A stretch of 64,000 bases of DNA from Basidiobolus meristosporus CBS 931.73 (taxonomy: Eukaryota; Fungi; Basidiobolomycota): NCBI GenBank assembly GCA_002104905.1, contig MCFE01000018.1, forward strand, positions 124,001-188,000. The letters are read 5' to 3'. This document shows, in pieces, positions 10,527 to 24,078 of this stretch. Position numbers and translations under genes: made by a program. A model generated the notes under the pieces. It was given only the letters and a program-made list of their open reading frames with translations. It was not told where the DNA came from and did not search any database. The first letter of the stretch is position 1. Each line of letters starts with the position of its first letter.

Positions 10527-13354
10527 AAAGGCTGCTCACTTGTTTATACTAGGACATATCTCACAAATAACCTAAATGTTCTTTCATATCTCAGCTTGCA
10601 ACCAACAATAGATCATTATTAATATATAGAGCTGAAGTAAAACCAGGAAAACAACAAGTATTGCTTTGAGAGAACTATTACAGACACTTGCTATCGTAAG
10701 AGCAATTGATTCCAAAGGATAGTAGCTACTTACATGCCTATTGCTTCAAATACCAATAACCGAGATACAATGCCAATCTACTTCCTCCGTTGATTCGTGA
10801 ACCATATTGAAACTAGGTTAACAAATATCTGTAGTTGAGGACGAATCAAGTTTGAGTTCAAATATTTGCTCATCATTGCCCGATCGATCGCTGATAGCAC
10901 ATCGCTATTAATGTACCTGGAATGCAAGGTCATACACTGAAATGGTCCACCCTTGCCTATTTAACACATCCTGATTTACCTCTTACCTCGCCTCATGGCA
11001 AGATGGATAATCAATTGACACAAATTTGCTTCGCATGGAAGTCTAAATGATCCTCCGATTTTGGTATTCTTTATCCAGGAATAGGTGTCTGTTATCTCAC
11101 TATGGACCCACACATCAACTCACCCTGAGTGTTAAACCGCATTTCATTTCGTAGACTCCACCATACAACCTTGCACTGAAAGATGACAGCGTCATGCCAG
11201 TGATTGGCAAAACCATCTACGCTTCATTGTCGTTATTCGCCTCCGTAAGAATACTCCAGAAACCATGGCGATTCGATTCTAATTTGATCCCTAGAATTGT
11301 GATTGATTTGAACCGCACTCCTGAGGCTTGGAGATGCTCTCCTCGTGTCTATTCGGATCCGTTTCGGATTCTAATCCCGAAGAAAACTGCGTAGACCCAG
11401 TATGTACAATAGGTCCACAGGTCTGCGTGTCATGGACAGTGGTACTGAGCTGCGTAGCACCGTCTTCGGAACGATCAGGAACTTTTACCGCAGAGTCGAC
11501 CACAATCTACATCATAGCATGTGTTGAAATGGGAATGCATTTATGATTTATGGCGAGTCAGAAATGGTCATCACACTCGATGCAAATTCCCAGCACCATC
11601 GTGAGGTGAGGAAAACCTCGAAATTATATTGTATGTTTCTCGGCAGATCCACAAGATGATCGAATAATTCAGCGGAGAAGAAATAATTTGCATCAATCCA
11701 ATTGGTCACTGATGAGGGAATGGTGCGTCACAAAACCATATATAGAACATTTCGTGCCTTTCAAAGCGTTGGGGAATTTCACCAGAGTAGAATTAAACTA
11801 AATCCACTCCCCGTATTACTCAACAGTCCTGAATTGTGGGTTTGGTGCTACGTTTGTTCTGAATTGGTAACCGGTTGCGATTGCCATGATCCATTTCGAG
11901 GTTTCGAGCTCCTGTGATGTAATGCTGTGCTACAAAGAATGGACGCTATACAGTTTGGAATGTAATGTGATTATCGAACCTGATCACTTCCATTTGGTAG
12001 CTAAAAAAGCAAGTTATGAATCCGGATCGAGTATTCATTGTGCCAATTTTACCGGTCTACAACTTCTCGGGTCGCACGACGTTCTGAAAAATCATGCCAG
12101 TTTTCAATTTGTTGAACAGCACTCACAGATTCATGCCATGATTTCAGATGCTAGCTGCATAGCGGAAAAACATAACAACGATATCTCACTTTCATTCTAG
12201 TTCAAAATCCACCATTGTGGCATCAGGTATCTTAGAAACTACCAAGATCTTGGGAAGGAAACCAGATCGATCTAGAGAAGCATGAGGTTCATCTATGCAG
12301 CCCATTCAATCCCAGGTGGCACAGTGAATCTGGTGTTATTCCACTGCTCTACCACCCGCTGGGAGTCACCGATTCATGGCTCACTTGCGACTGTAGTGCA
12401 TATTTTCAGCTGTATGGTGGCTGTTGGATTGGTTTGCACGAGATTTCCACTTGATTGTCCTGGTGGCTACTGGGAATTTCCCACCCATTTAAAGGCATTC
12501 AACCTTTCCAAGCGGCTTCCCAGGACCTTTTTCAAACCATTGTTGTACAAACGCTCTATCTCAACCCATACCAACTGGTGAAAAGTGCACCTCCGATAAT
12601 TCCAAATCACTTCCAGGCCCCCGAGTCTACTTTCAAACGTTGCACCGTTATACCTAGACAATATCCGTAAGTTAATTGGGTCTTTGGAATGCCTTTGTAT
12701 TACCTTTCTTCAGAGATGGTTCATTTTTAAGTCATCCAAAAGACTGACATACGTTCGACTTCGGTGATGGTTTTCTTGATTGAGAACACCACTACGTCGA
12801 ACCATAAATATGATGTACGTTGCAAGCATACTTATATTCCTCCGTGGTCATCGGTTCATCAGTTGGTGGCGGTGCGTGCCCGATTAGAACAAGTTGCACC
12901 TCCACAATGTGAATTCACCAATGATGAGCCGAACTTTTACGGCATTCAAATGAATCCTAGAATTATATCGCTATGACATGTCATTGGTACTGAATTGCCC
13001 TGATGATTTGGTGGTCTTTCAGCCGGTACCACTTGCCAACAGTCAGTAACATTGGGTTCAGCCAATGCTGTCACAAACAGATAGCCTTGTACGAACGTAA
13101 CCAGTACTTCATGTGAAGCAATTTTTGTTATCTCTTATACAGATTGCATTGCCCTTCTACAGGTGCTCATGAGAATTACTTGATTGGGAAGTCCAAATCA
13201 TACCAGATTCTTTTGGTGTTCATGAGACATTTGTATTTGGCAAATCCATTCCATGGAGGATTTTCTAAACGAACCGACCGCGAATGCAAGATTCCCTATA
13301 TTTGCACTCAGTCGTGAGATGAATACGACGAAGGATTCCTTTTTCCGTGTCTCC

Positions 13355-14426
13355 ATGAGATTCGCCCTGAAGTTTAAGCATCTCTGCTACGCAGCACTCC
13401 TGCTGCTGATATTCATTGCAACCTCGATATCCTTCTTCAGTTTTCTTCCGGGACAGCACATCCAGCTCTTCCAGCATGTCAGGTATTCATGCGACCTATA
13501 TGGCCACCACCAGCTCGTTGGCTAACTTTTTGATGAGTGAAGGCCCAGCAAGAAGCTGGTGATATTCTTACTCACCTCCATGAACACATTACCGACCAGG
13601 GGCAAGGATGTGTCCTTGACTTGGGGTAAACGGGCAAAGGAGTATAGGGAGTCGGGTAGCTCCGTGTCGCCAGTAGATGTGATGTTTTCGGAGTCGGCGG
13701 ACACATCGAAATACGGGCTGCCTCATCTGCCGTTGCCCGACGTGGGTTACTCCGAGTTGTATAAGAAAACATTCTCAACATTTCACTATCTATACGAGCA
13801 CCACCTGAACGACTATGAGTGGTTTATGAAGGTCAGTGGATATGATATTCACATTCATGTTAACTTGGTACTTATCGATCAAGCTGTAGGCGGACGATGA
13901 TACGTTTGTGAAGGTTCACACTCTAATGTCCTTGCTAAACAATCCTAACATCAATGCAAGCGAGCCACTGCTCTTTGGTAGAACTGGTGGGTCATGGTGT
14001 TGGGGTGGATCAGGTAAGTGCAGCAATTGCTGTACAAGGGGTCATTCTTTGGTACTCACTACCAATCTAGGGTATATCATCAACCGCCGGATGCTCAGTC
14101 TCGTAGGGCCATATCTCCCCTACTGCCTGAAAAACGAGAAATATGTTGGCCCAGAAGACGTCATGTTTGGTGAATGTGTCAAGTACGCACTGAGCCAAGC
14201 ACTCCCTGACTATCAAAGCCCTGGATGTCAGAACATCCTAGATGGGAATGGCCATGAGTTCTTTGCTATATCCTCGGATGATGTTCTTTGGGAACACCTC
14301 GACGATCCACAATATACATTCAACATCCCTTACAGTGATAGTTACGAATGGTCCTTTGGTAAAGCAGTTACCCTCCATTCGGTCAAGGGCTCTTTGATGT
14401 ACAAGCTCAATGAGCGCTATAGATAA
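13355..14426 (+). CDS. GT31 glycosyltransferase copy 2; exons 13355-13482, 13543-13831, 13890-14013, 14071-14426
   Basis: Same exon lengths and motifs (MKADDDTFV, CWGGSGYI, EDVMFGEC); spliced frame is open. Confidence 0.88.
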
Positions 14427-14591
14427 GCCGCTCCCTCCCACATCTAAAGGATGTGGATGGATTGGTCGCACACTGCTTTCCCTTGTTTTTAACGAATTTC
14501 ACAACTACTTGTCTAATATATCGCACAGATGAATTTGAGCATCATTAATCATGTACAATAAAGTACTCATCCGTTAGTGGATGGAGCGGGA

Positions 14592-14930
14592 GCAAGGATG
14601 TGTCCTTGACTTGAGGCAAACGGGCAAAGGAGAACAGGGAGTCGGGTAGCTCCGTGTCGCCAGTGGATATGGCATCTACATTCATGTTGGATTAATATTT
14701 CCGGGTGAAACTTTAAACCGACGACATCCGTAAAGATTCACGCTCTAGTCCGTCTTGTTAGAGCGGGTTGACAGCATGACGTTTCCCGTCCAGTTTACCC
14801 GCTTTTCCGCAACGAATTGCGCTGCTTCCTCACTTGTACCATCCCACAGGTGAATCATTCAGGCATTCCAATTCATGTTTGATAAAGCCCTCATTTGTCG
14901 AGTGGCTTGGTATGACCAGTGTCTTGGCGG
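14592..14930 (+). pseudogene. Internally deleted fourth GT31 remnant
   Basis: 14592-14665 matches exon 2 (GCAAGGATGTGTCCTTGACTTG..GGGTAGCTCCGTGTCGCCAG), then intron-2-like GTGGATATG..CATTCATGTT, then exon-3-like TSVKIHALVRLV, then sequence resembling the 3' flank of copy 3. Confidence 0.75.
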
Positions 14931-15456
14931 CGGGGGTGCAGGTCACACATTGTACAACTCTAATTAACATCTAGAATGATAGAATCTGATTGCGACCGTG
15001 AAAATCCATTAACTAGATTGTGGTGCCTCGTTGTGCAATGCTGGTTACGTTTGTCAAATAATCTGGTACAGTGCCTAATCTACTCATACACAGCTAATTA
15101 ATAGTTCACAGATTTTTGATGTGATTCAGTTGTAACATATTGACTAATTCTTTAAATCAGTAATGCGCTCTAAGTGACATAATTATAATAATGACAATCT
15201 TTACTAAATAACCCAATCTCTGAATACAACTCAACGTCTATAGTATGTTAAAAACACATACTTAATATAGCATATTTTTAAAAACATGTGTTGGAAGATT
15301 TTGAGGAGTATTGGTAGTTATCTGGAGAACTATAAGACGTGATTGATATACCTTATAAAGCTCGAATATTTAGGATAAGAATACTTTGAAGTAACTACAA
15401 CAATGTAAGCCAAATGACACGAATGTTATGAGTAGGGCATTGGGTAAAGATGTTCT

Positions 15457-15625
15457 GTTGTACGAGTTTTGGAGATATTGGAGGTGATTAGGAGCACAGG
15501 TTGACTATGTGATTTTCCTTATTGATCTATTGAATACAAAGGTGGTATATATACTATTACATAATGTTGGCAAAACAAATACATAGGGTATGTTTAGGAA
15601 GGTCCCAAGAACATACATGTATATA
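15457..15625 (-). mobile_element. Partial Copia LTR abutting the opposite-orientation LTR of element A
   Basis: TGTTGTACGAGTTTTGGAGATATTGG..GGAAGGTCCCAAGAACA; a smaller LTR scrap lies at about 15290-15340. Confidence 0.75.
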
Positions 15626-16391
15626 TTGTAAATTTTGTAATTACACCTAAATATTCCCTTAACATAGTCAGTTAGATTATTACCTACAAATCTTAGAGAA
15701 TTGTGACTTAATTTGTTGTTGGGATTTACTTGGATTATTTTCACCAAAATATCAGGCACCCAAGACATGCAATTTTGATCAGTTGCCCTAACAGCTCCAA
15801 ACTTTGCACAAATATTGTTGGGACTCTCCTAAACATATTTTAAGTGCTTGTTTTGCAAAGATCATGTAAAAGCACAAAAACCACTTTTACATTCTGCTTA
15901 TCATTCAGTGTGAACCACATAATCTACTTTTCTCCCAATCACTTCCAATATCTCCAAACTCTTACAACAGGCTATGAGCCCCAAGCTGTCACCCTCTGCA
16001 ATGTCCACTACTGCTATTACATGAACCTTTTGCCCTGCTGAATAGTTGGATAGGTTTAACTACCAAGTCTGGAAGGTAAAGATGAGGATGCTGCTACAGG
16101 AAAGAGGCCCTTGGTATATTGCTATGGGAAAAGAATGCCCTCCTAAAGGCATAGGAGAATGGGCCTTAAAACTCCAGAAGAAAGAACAAAGTGCCTATAA
16201 ATGCATTAGCCTTGATGCTAAGGACAAAATGCTAATTCAATGCTCAAGAGCAAAAATAGCAAAGAATGCCTGAAAGGCATTAAAGACACCTGTCAGTCAT
16301 GTTCAGCTGCTAAGAAAATGTTTCTTAGACAAGGATTCTTTACTACAAAGATGCTGCTAGCACAAGAAATGAAATATCTAGCTAACAGAAT
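15626..16391 (+). mobile_element. Copia element A, 5' part: LTR 15626-15969, PBS 15970-15981, start of gag
   Basis: The LTR ends CTTACAACA and is followed directly by GGCTATGAGCCC (copia-type internal tRNAiMet PBS). Gag FNYQVWKVKMRMLLQERG carries stops. Interrupted at 16391. Confidence 0.85.
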
Positions 16392-19300
16392 TGTTGTATG
16401 AATCTTGGAGATACTGGAAGTGAATGGGAGGATAAGTGGACTATGTAGTTTTCACTTAATGATTTATTGGATGTCAAAGTAGTATTTATACTTTTAGATG
16501 GTTTTGGCATTACAAACACATAGAATAGATCAAGGAAGGTCCCAGGAGCATGTGTGCTAAGTTTGGGGCTGTTTGGATAACTTTGAGAACTTTCATGTTC
16601 ACATAGCACTCCCACTCAGCTAAATGTTCATACTGACTAGTCCTAACTTTGACCTAAGATATTCAAACTTGTCTCTAGCTAATGGTTTGCTAAATATGTC
16701 TGCAACCATTTCATCTGATGGACAGTAAACTAAGCTAATTAAGTTAATCTCTATAGCTTTATGTATGAAATGATGTCAAATATCTATGTGCTTAGTTCTA
16801 GCATGAAAAGTTGGATTTCTACCCAATTGTATACATCCTTGATTATCTTCAAATAAAGTAATAGATGTATTTTGAAATAGTCCTAAATCTGTAAAAAGCT
16901 TTCTTAGCCACATTGCTTCTTTTGTAGCTTCACAGGCTGCTATATACTCTGCCTCTGTGGTAGAAAGTGCTATGGTTGGTTGCTTTCTTGAATTCCACAA
17001 GATTGCTCCTTTACACTAAAGAAAGGTGTATCTTGTGGTGGATCTTCTGTCTTCCAAATTTTGTTCCCCAATCAGCATCAGAGTATCCCACAAGATCCTG
17101 TTCTGAATCCTTACCAGTGTATCTTAAGCAGATATCAGCAGTTCCTTTCAGGTATCTAAAAATCCGCTTAACTGCTGCTATATGATCAGATCCATGGTAC
17201 TGATTATGTTGGCTGGCAACTCCCACTGAATATGAGATACCTAGACATGTTCCAAGCATGATATATATCAGACTGCCAACCACAGATTGATAAGGAAAAT
17301 CAGGGCTTTCAGATGACAACAAGCTCTCTTGATTTGATTGAGTTTTGACCAAGTTAAGGTTTGTCTCCATTGGGGTAGGTGCTGGTTTACAGTCTTCCAT
17401 TTGGTACTTCATTAGTATATCTTGAATATACTTGGATTGGCTTAGGGTAATAGTCTGGGTACTTCTGTCTATGGAGAACTTAATCCCTTAGTAGTAACTG
17501 AGTTCTCCTAGATTGGACTTCTTGAACTCCTTAGATAGGCTGGATTTTGTCTCTTCCAATGTTGCTAGGTTATAGGCAGGTATAGTAAGATCATCCATAT
17601 ATAGATCTATTAGAACTGGATTTGCTCTATCTAGCTTACAGTATATACTGTTGTCAGCATTACTCCTTTTGAAACTCAAAGATTCCAAATAAGAGTCTAT
17701 CTTGCAATTCCAGGCTCTTGGTGATTGTTTGAGACCATATAGTGACTTTCTAAGCTTGCAGACCAAATGGGGGTTATCCTGGTCAGCAAGCCCATCAGGC
17801 TGGTCCATATACACATTCTCATCAAGTTCTCCATTCAAAAATGCAGTTTTTATATTGATTTGATGAATAAAAAAACTTACAATTGGCTGCAATAGCCAAT
17901 ATTAATCTGATGGAATTAAACTTGGCTACTGGTGAAAAGGTCTCAGTATAGTCAAGTCCTTTTATTTGGGAGTATTCTTTGGCCATAAGTCTTGCATTGT
18001 ATTGTTCAATTGTACCATCAGCCTTATATTTTTCTTAATAACCATTGGCATCCAACTGATTTTTGGTTGATTGATAATTTGACTAAGTCCCAAGTTTAAT
18101 TTTCCATCAGGGTCTGATATTCCTCAGTCAATGCATATCTCCAAAGCTTTGTCTGAGGGCTATTTAGGGCCTCTTTTACAGTCTGGGGTTCATCAATATG
18201 GACTGCATAGACATAGGCTAAGTTTGTACCCTCATTGATATAGTTCAGATTTTGTCATCATTTGATGTCATTTTTTGTGAAAGTTTTGAATTTTCATCAA
18301 ACAACACATCTCTGGACTTGATTAGCTTCTTTGCTCTGGTATTGTAGAGCTTGTATGCTTTACTCTCATTGCAGTAGCCCAAGAATATGCATTTTACACT
18401 TTTTGGCTCAAATTTTGACTGAAATCTGGGCAGTTACTTGGCATATGCTGTACACCCAAATATTCTTAGATGTTCTTCACTTGGTATGTATCTATGCCAT
18501 GCTTGAAATGGAGTAGAATCACAAAGTACTCTGATATAACTCCTATTTTTAAGGTATACAGCTGTGGCAATTGATTCCACCCAAAAATCATAGGATAATT
18601 TTTGATCATGGATCATAGATCTTGCCATATCAATTATTGATCTATTTGCATGTTCTGTTACTTCATTTTGCTGTGGGCAGTATGGTACAGTAGTCTCTTG
18701 CTTTATCCCATGAATTTTGCAGAAGTGGATGAAGAGTTTTGAGGTATATTTTCCACCATAGTAAGAGTGTATTTTCTTGATTTTTTCACCAGTTTCTCTC
18801 TCCACTATGGCTTTAAACTCCCTGAACTTATACAGAGCTTCTTCCTTTCTCTCCATGTAGTAGACACACATGTATCTTGTATAATCATCAATAAAAGTGA
18901 TTAAAAACTTCATCCCACCTAGGGATAGATTTTGCATAGGTCCACAAAGATCTGAGTGTATTAAATCTAATTTTTTCTTAGTTTTGATTAACCCAGAGCT
19001 CTTGAACAGTTGTATGGCTTGTTTCCCATATATGCAGGCTTCACAGTGCTCCAAATTAGCTGGGGGATCAATATTTATTCTGGAAATTAGCTGATCCTTG
19101 ATCATTTTGCACAAATAATCAAAATTGATGTGCCTAAATCTCCTGTGCCAAAGCATTGGTGTTTCTTCATTTAAGTTAGTTATATTGGCTCCAGATATGA
19201 TGGAATATAAGTTAACTTGTATAGATTCTGATCTCTGCTACCCAAAGCAATATGGGCACCATTTTGATCAGTGATCTTGCATCCAGAATTGTCTAAGCTG

Positions 19301-20768
19301 AAACTGAGTCCTTCTGCAGTGGCCTTGCTTACAGATAGTAGGTTCTTGGCTATTTCTGGTTCATAGAGTACTTCTTTAAATGTCAGTGTATGGCTTCCTT
19401 CACTGCTTCTAAGGTTTACTTGGATAGTTCCTTTTCCCACTGCATCAAGTGTTCTATTGTCACCAATGAAAACCTTCTTAATTGGAATTTCTTGATATTG
19501 AGTTAAAAATTCTTTTTGGTGAGTAAAGTGTTGAGATGGTCCAAAGCCAATGTACCACATCTGAGAATCCTTGTTTGTGGTCATATTTGGTTGAGTTATG
19601 AACAGTGTATCCTCAGTTGTTGCAGTATTATAATATTCAGGCTTCTTTTGCAAATTATATCTCTTTTTGGGACACCGGTCTGATGTGTGTACTTTCTGTT
19701 TGCAGTAGTTGCAAAACAGGTTGCTATTGCCTTTGTAAGGTCTTGGGTAACTTCTTTGTTGGCTATCATTGCTTATTGAAGCATTTTCTTCTTCCTTCTT
19801 ATTGGCACTTGATTTTCTTAATTCTTCATCCAGGAGCCTTCCATATATGTAATTTAAGGTCAAATCTTTAGTTCTGGACTCTAGGGCTGATACAAGGCCC
19901 TGAAACTCATCTGTCAGGCTATTCAGGATGGTTACTATCACATCCTCATCAGTAGTTGGTACACCTAGAGATTCCATCTCATCTACCAGCAGGGTATTTC
20001 TGTTGATTAGATTTTTCATTTCTGCTCATGGCTGCATCTTTGTTGTAAAGAATTTTTGTCTAAGATACATTTTGTTAGCAGCTGAACATGACTGGTAGGT
20101 GTCTTCTAATGCCTTCCAGGCATTCTTTGCTGTTTTTGCTTGTCAGCATTGGATTAGAAATTTGTCTTTAATATTAAGGCAAATGCAGTTAAAGGCACTT
20201 TGTTCTTTCTTCTTCTACTTTAAGGCTTCCTCTCCCACACTTTTTGGAGGGCATTCTTCTCCCATGACAATATCCCAAAGGCCTCTTTCTTGTAGCAGCA
20301 TCTTCACCTTCACCTCCCACACTTAGTAGTTAGATCCATCCAACTTCTCAGCAGAGGGATAAATTCCAGTAATAGTAGTAGTAGACATTGCAGAGAGTGA
20401 CAGCTTGGTGCTGATAACCTGTTGTAAGAGTCTTGGAGATATTAGAAGTGACTGTGAGGACAAGTAGATTATGTGGTTTTCACTTAATCATTTATTGAAT
20501 GTAAAAGTAGTATTTATACTTTTAATTGGTCCTGGCATAGATAACATGTAGAATAGGTTAAGGAAGGTCTCAAGAGCATGTGTGCAAAGTTTAGGGCTGC
20601 TTGGACAAGTTTTAGAACTTTCATGTTCTGGGCACCTGGTATTTTGATAAAAATATTCCAAGTAAATCCCAACAAGGTATTTCTTCAGTATTCTCTAGGA
20701 TTTCAGGGTAATAATCTCAGTGACTAAGTTAGGTGATTATTTAGGAGGAATTACAAATTTTTACAAGA
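16392..20768 (-). mobile_element. Degenerate near-full-length Copia element B nested in element A
   Basis: 5' LTR 20420-20768, PBS 20408-20419. Gag with CNYCKQKVHTSDRC knuckle; protease-like WYIG.GPSQH; integrase (GAG-pre LWHRRFRH, LIHSDLCGP, F.DDYTR, PQQNEV.E); RT ([32 protein letters not shown]); RNase H (KQPTIALSTTEAEY, RTKHIDI). PPT at 16609-16617; internally deleted 3' LTR at 16392-16608. Many stops and frameshifts. Confidence 0.93.
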
Positions 20769-21394
20769 TTACCCCACTGGTGGATCAGATGGAATCTGTG
20801 GGTGTACCAACTACTGATGAGGGTGTGCTAGTTACCATCCTGAGTAGCATGACAGACAGGCTTCAGGGCTTTGTATCAGCCATAGAGTCTAGCACTGAGG
20901 ATTTGACCTTAAATTCTAGGTATGGAAGACTCATGGATGTAGAATCAAGAAAATCCAGCACCAATAAAAAGGAAGAAGAAAGTGCTTTAATCAGCAATGA
21001 TAACCAACAATGGTGGTTCCCAGGACCCTTCAAAGGCAATAACAACTTACTTTGTAACTACTGCAAAAGGAAAGGACACACATCAGACTGGTGCCTCAAT
21101 AAGAGAGAGAGTCAGTAGAAAAAGCCTGTATATGGAAATGCTGCAACAGCTGGAGATAGACAGTTCATATCTGCACTAAACATGACAGCAAACAAGGACT
21201 CTCAGATGTGGTATACTGACTATGGAGCATCTCAAGACTTTACATAACAACAAGAACTTTTTACCCAATATTAAGAAATTCCAATCCAGAAGGTTTTCAT
21301 AGGTGACAATAGGACACTTGATGCAGAGGGAGAAGGAACTATCCAAGTAAGTCTTAGCAGCAGTGAGGGAAGCCATACACTTACCTTCAAAGAT
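20769..21394 (+). mobile_element. Copia element A, continuation (gag C-terminus, zinc knuckle, protease)
   Basis: Resumes at ITPLVDQMESVG, exactly where homology with element B gag broke off at 16391; CNYCKRKGHTSDWC; QMWYTDYGASQ. Confidence 0.85.
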
Positions 21395-22626
21395 GCTGTT
21401 TTTGCTCTTCAGCATTGATCTAGCAGTTTGTCTTCGAATTAGGGTAAATGCAGTCAAAGACACTTTGTTCTTTCTTCTAGTACTTTAAGGTTTCCTCTCC
21501 CATGACAATATCCCAAAGGCCTCTTTCTTATTGCAGCATCTTCATATTCACCTTCCACACTTAGTAGTTAGTGATGTAAGAGTCTTGAGTATATTGGAAG
21601 TGATTGGGAGGACAAGTTGATTATGTGGTTCTCACTTAATGATTTATTAAATCTAAAAGTAATATGTATACTTTGACAAGGTCTTGGCAAAACAGACATG
21701 TAGAATAGGCTTAGGAAGGTCCCAAGAACAGGTGTGCAAAGTTTGGGGCTGTTTGGACAACTTATCAATTTTCATGTTCTGGATACCTGATGTTTGGGTG
21801 AAAACATTCTTGTTGCAATATTCTGAGGAGTATTGGAAGTGATGTGGATAACTAGAGGACTCAAATATTATTTGTTGTAAAAATTCGTATTTTCACCTAA
21901 ATATTCACCTAACTTAGTCACTTAGATCATTACCTTCATATCCTAGAGAATACTGACCAAATTCCTTGTCAGGATTTACTTGGAATATTTCACCAAAATA
22001 CTTGGTACCCAGGACATGAAAATTCTCAAAGTTGTCCAAAGAGCCTCAAACTTTGCACTCCTGTTCTTGGGACCTTCCTTAACCTATTCTACGTGTTTGT
22101 AATGCCAAGACCATGTAAAAGTATAAATACTACTTTTACATTCAGTAAATCATTAAGTAAAGACCACTTAATCTACTTGTTCTCCCAATCACTTCCAATA
22201 TCTCCAAGACTCCTACAACATTATTCACTTGTAGATTTATTGACCAATAGTATGTTATTTATACTTTTGATAAAGTAGAGCAAACAAGTGTGTAGAGTTT
22301 GTTAAGAAAGGTCCCAGGAATATGTGTGCAAAGTTTGGGGGCTTTTGGACAACTTGGAGAAAGATCATAATCTGGGTACCTGAAAAATTGGTGAAAATAT
22401 TCCAAGTAAATCCCAACAAAAAATTTGGTCAGGACAGAATGCTAATCCAAGAATAAGATCTATGTGACTAAGTTAGCATGAGTATATAGGTGACAACTTA
22501 ATAATTACAACAATTCTAAGCAAATTCCAACAAGGAATTTGGTCTGTATTCTCTAGGATTTGAAGGTAATGATCTAAGTGACTAAATTAGGTGAATATTT
22601 AGGTGGAATTCCAGATTTTTACAACA
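21395..22626. mobile_element. Pile-up of Copia debris: minus-strand gag start (21395-21572) and LTR pieces at 21573-21790, 21811-21845, 21872-22220 (opposite orientation), 22280-22510 and 22520-22626
   Basis: Repeated LTR motifs GATATTGGAAGTGATTGGGAG, GGAAGGTCCCAAGAACA and AAAATATTCCAAGTAAATCC occur in both orientations. Confidence 0.85.
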
Positions 22627-24078
22627 GATCTTGCTCATAATGATTTCGGTAGGCTTGCTTTATAAAATTACCCACAAGATTCACTTCCACCTGGAGCTCC
22701 CAGAATGTTGATAGTCATTTTCAGTCAAAGATTAGTTTTTCCTTGAGATTCTTGATCATCATAGCCTAAAAGCAAACAATTATCCAAGAGGAGAAGCAAG
22801 TACTATCGGATAGATATTTTTCTCTTTTATGGCTTCCATCATTGCTGATTCAATTACCTATATGCTTGTGTTTAGCCTAATCAAAGTAATTAGTTTTATC
22901 ACCATCCAGATGACAACTAATCACTACCCTTCCATGATCTTACCCTAACCCTTCTACAATATATTGAAAACATATAAATAGCGAGCACTGTGATGCCAAT
23001 GGATCTCCCACCCAGATGCTTTGAATCATTCCCAAGTTCTCATTCTCATCTTCTACAACTTGAAGGCTTGACTATCACAATTACTACCTTATAATGTAAG
23101 TACCCGATCTTTTCATTTCTGGTTGCAATTATGAAATGATGAAATGCACTGGGCACTGACCAGTTTAGACGCTGGGACATTGACGATATGCATTTTCGGG
23201 CCTAGAAAACCCGTGACTGATCACAACTACCACACATCCATGACAAAATATCTTTGAGCATCAGCTAACCTATCCATCCTCAGGTCTACACAGTATTTGA
23301 GGAAACAGCTGGTCAGGCCGCTGATTACTTAATCGGTGAGTACTCTTACATACAAGAGATGTTCAATATGATGATAACTACGCAAAAAAAGCTGGAACTA
23401 CCGGCCGAAAATTCTTGATGAATAACTTTGCACTGTACTCTTCTGACACGAACATATCTCTTGTCCCATATCTGAGAGACTTCCAACTAACACCATTTTA
23501 TAGCTTTTGGCAGCCCTGCTTATAGCACTACTCCGACACCCAGAAATGGTCAGTTCGCATTTCCACCACACCAACCACATGAGAACATGGATCAAGAGGT
23601 GTTCACCACACCACACGGGAAGTGAGGAGTAAAATGAAGAGTCAAATTCTCACGACGGTCAAATGAATCCAAGGGATTAGATCGGCATTGACGTACCATA
23701 TGGACCGAATACACTCAGCATCTCTTACTAAAGAAATCATTTGCAAACGTTGACGATGCAACTCGTGGTTCAATCGACATTGTGGACAATAAACAACCCG
23801 GTACAAACATACCCAAAAGGCTCTAGAATTTCCTTCGGACCGAATGTACAAACCACTAAAATATGTGGATTTAAATATAAGGTTAAATTGGGTTGCCCCA
23901 CAAATCAGCAAAGGCATTACCCAGTTAGGAAATCAGAGATTTGCCAATTACTTTGGTGCTCATGAGGAATTTGTATTTGGCAAATCGCACGAACCAATGG
24001 TGGATGCTAAATTCCCAATATTTCAACCTATTCATGAGCTGGATTGCGGTGGACGATTCCTTTTCCCGTGTCTACTCC

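Noticed and set aside
10900-12700. Minus-strand fragments such as ITSQELETSKWIMAIATGY (vaguely PH-domain-like) and other short ORFs
   Set aside because: Multiple stops, no consistent frame or splice model, and no second copy to test.
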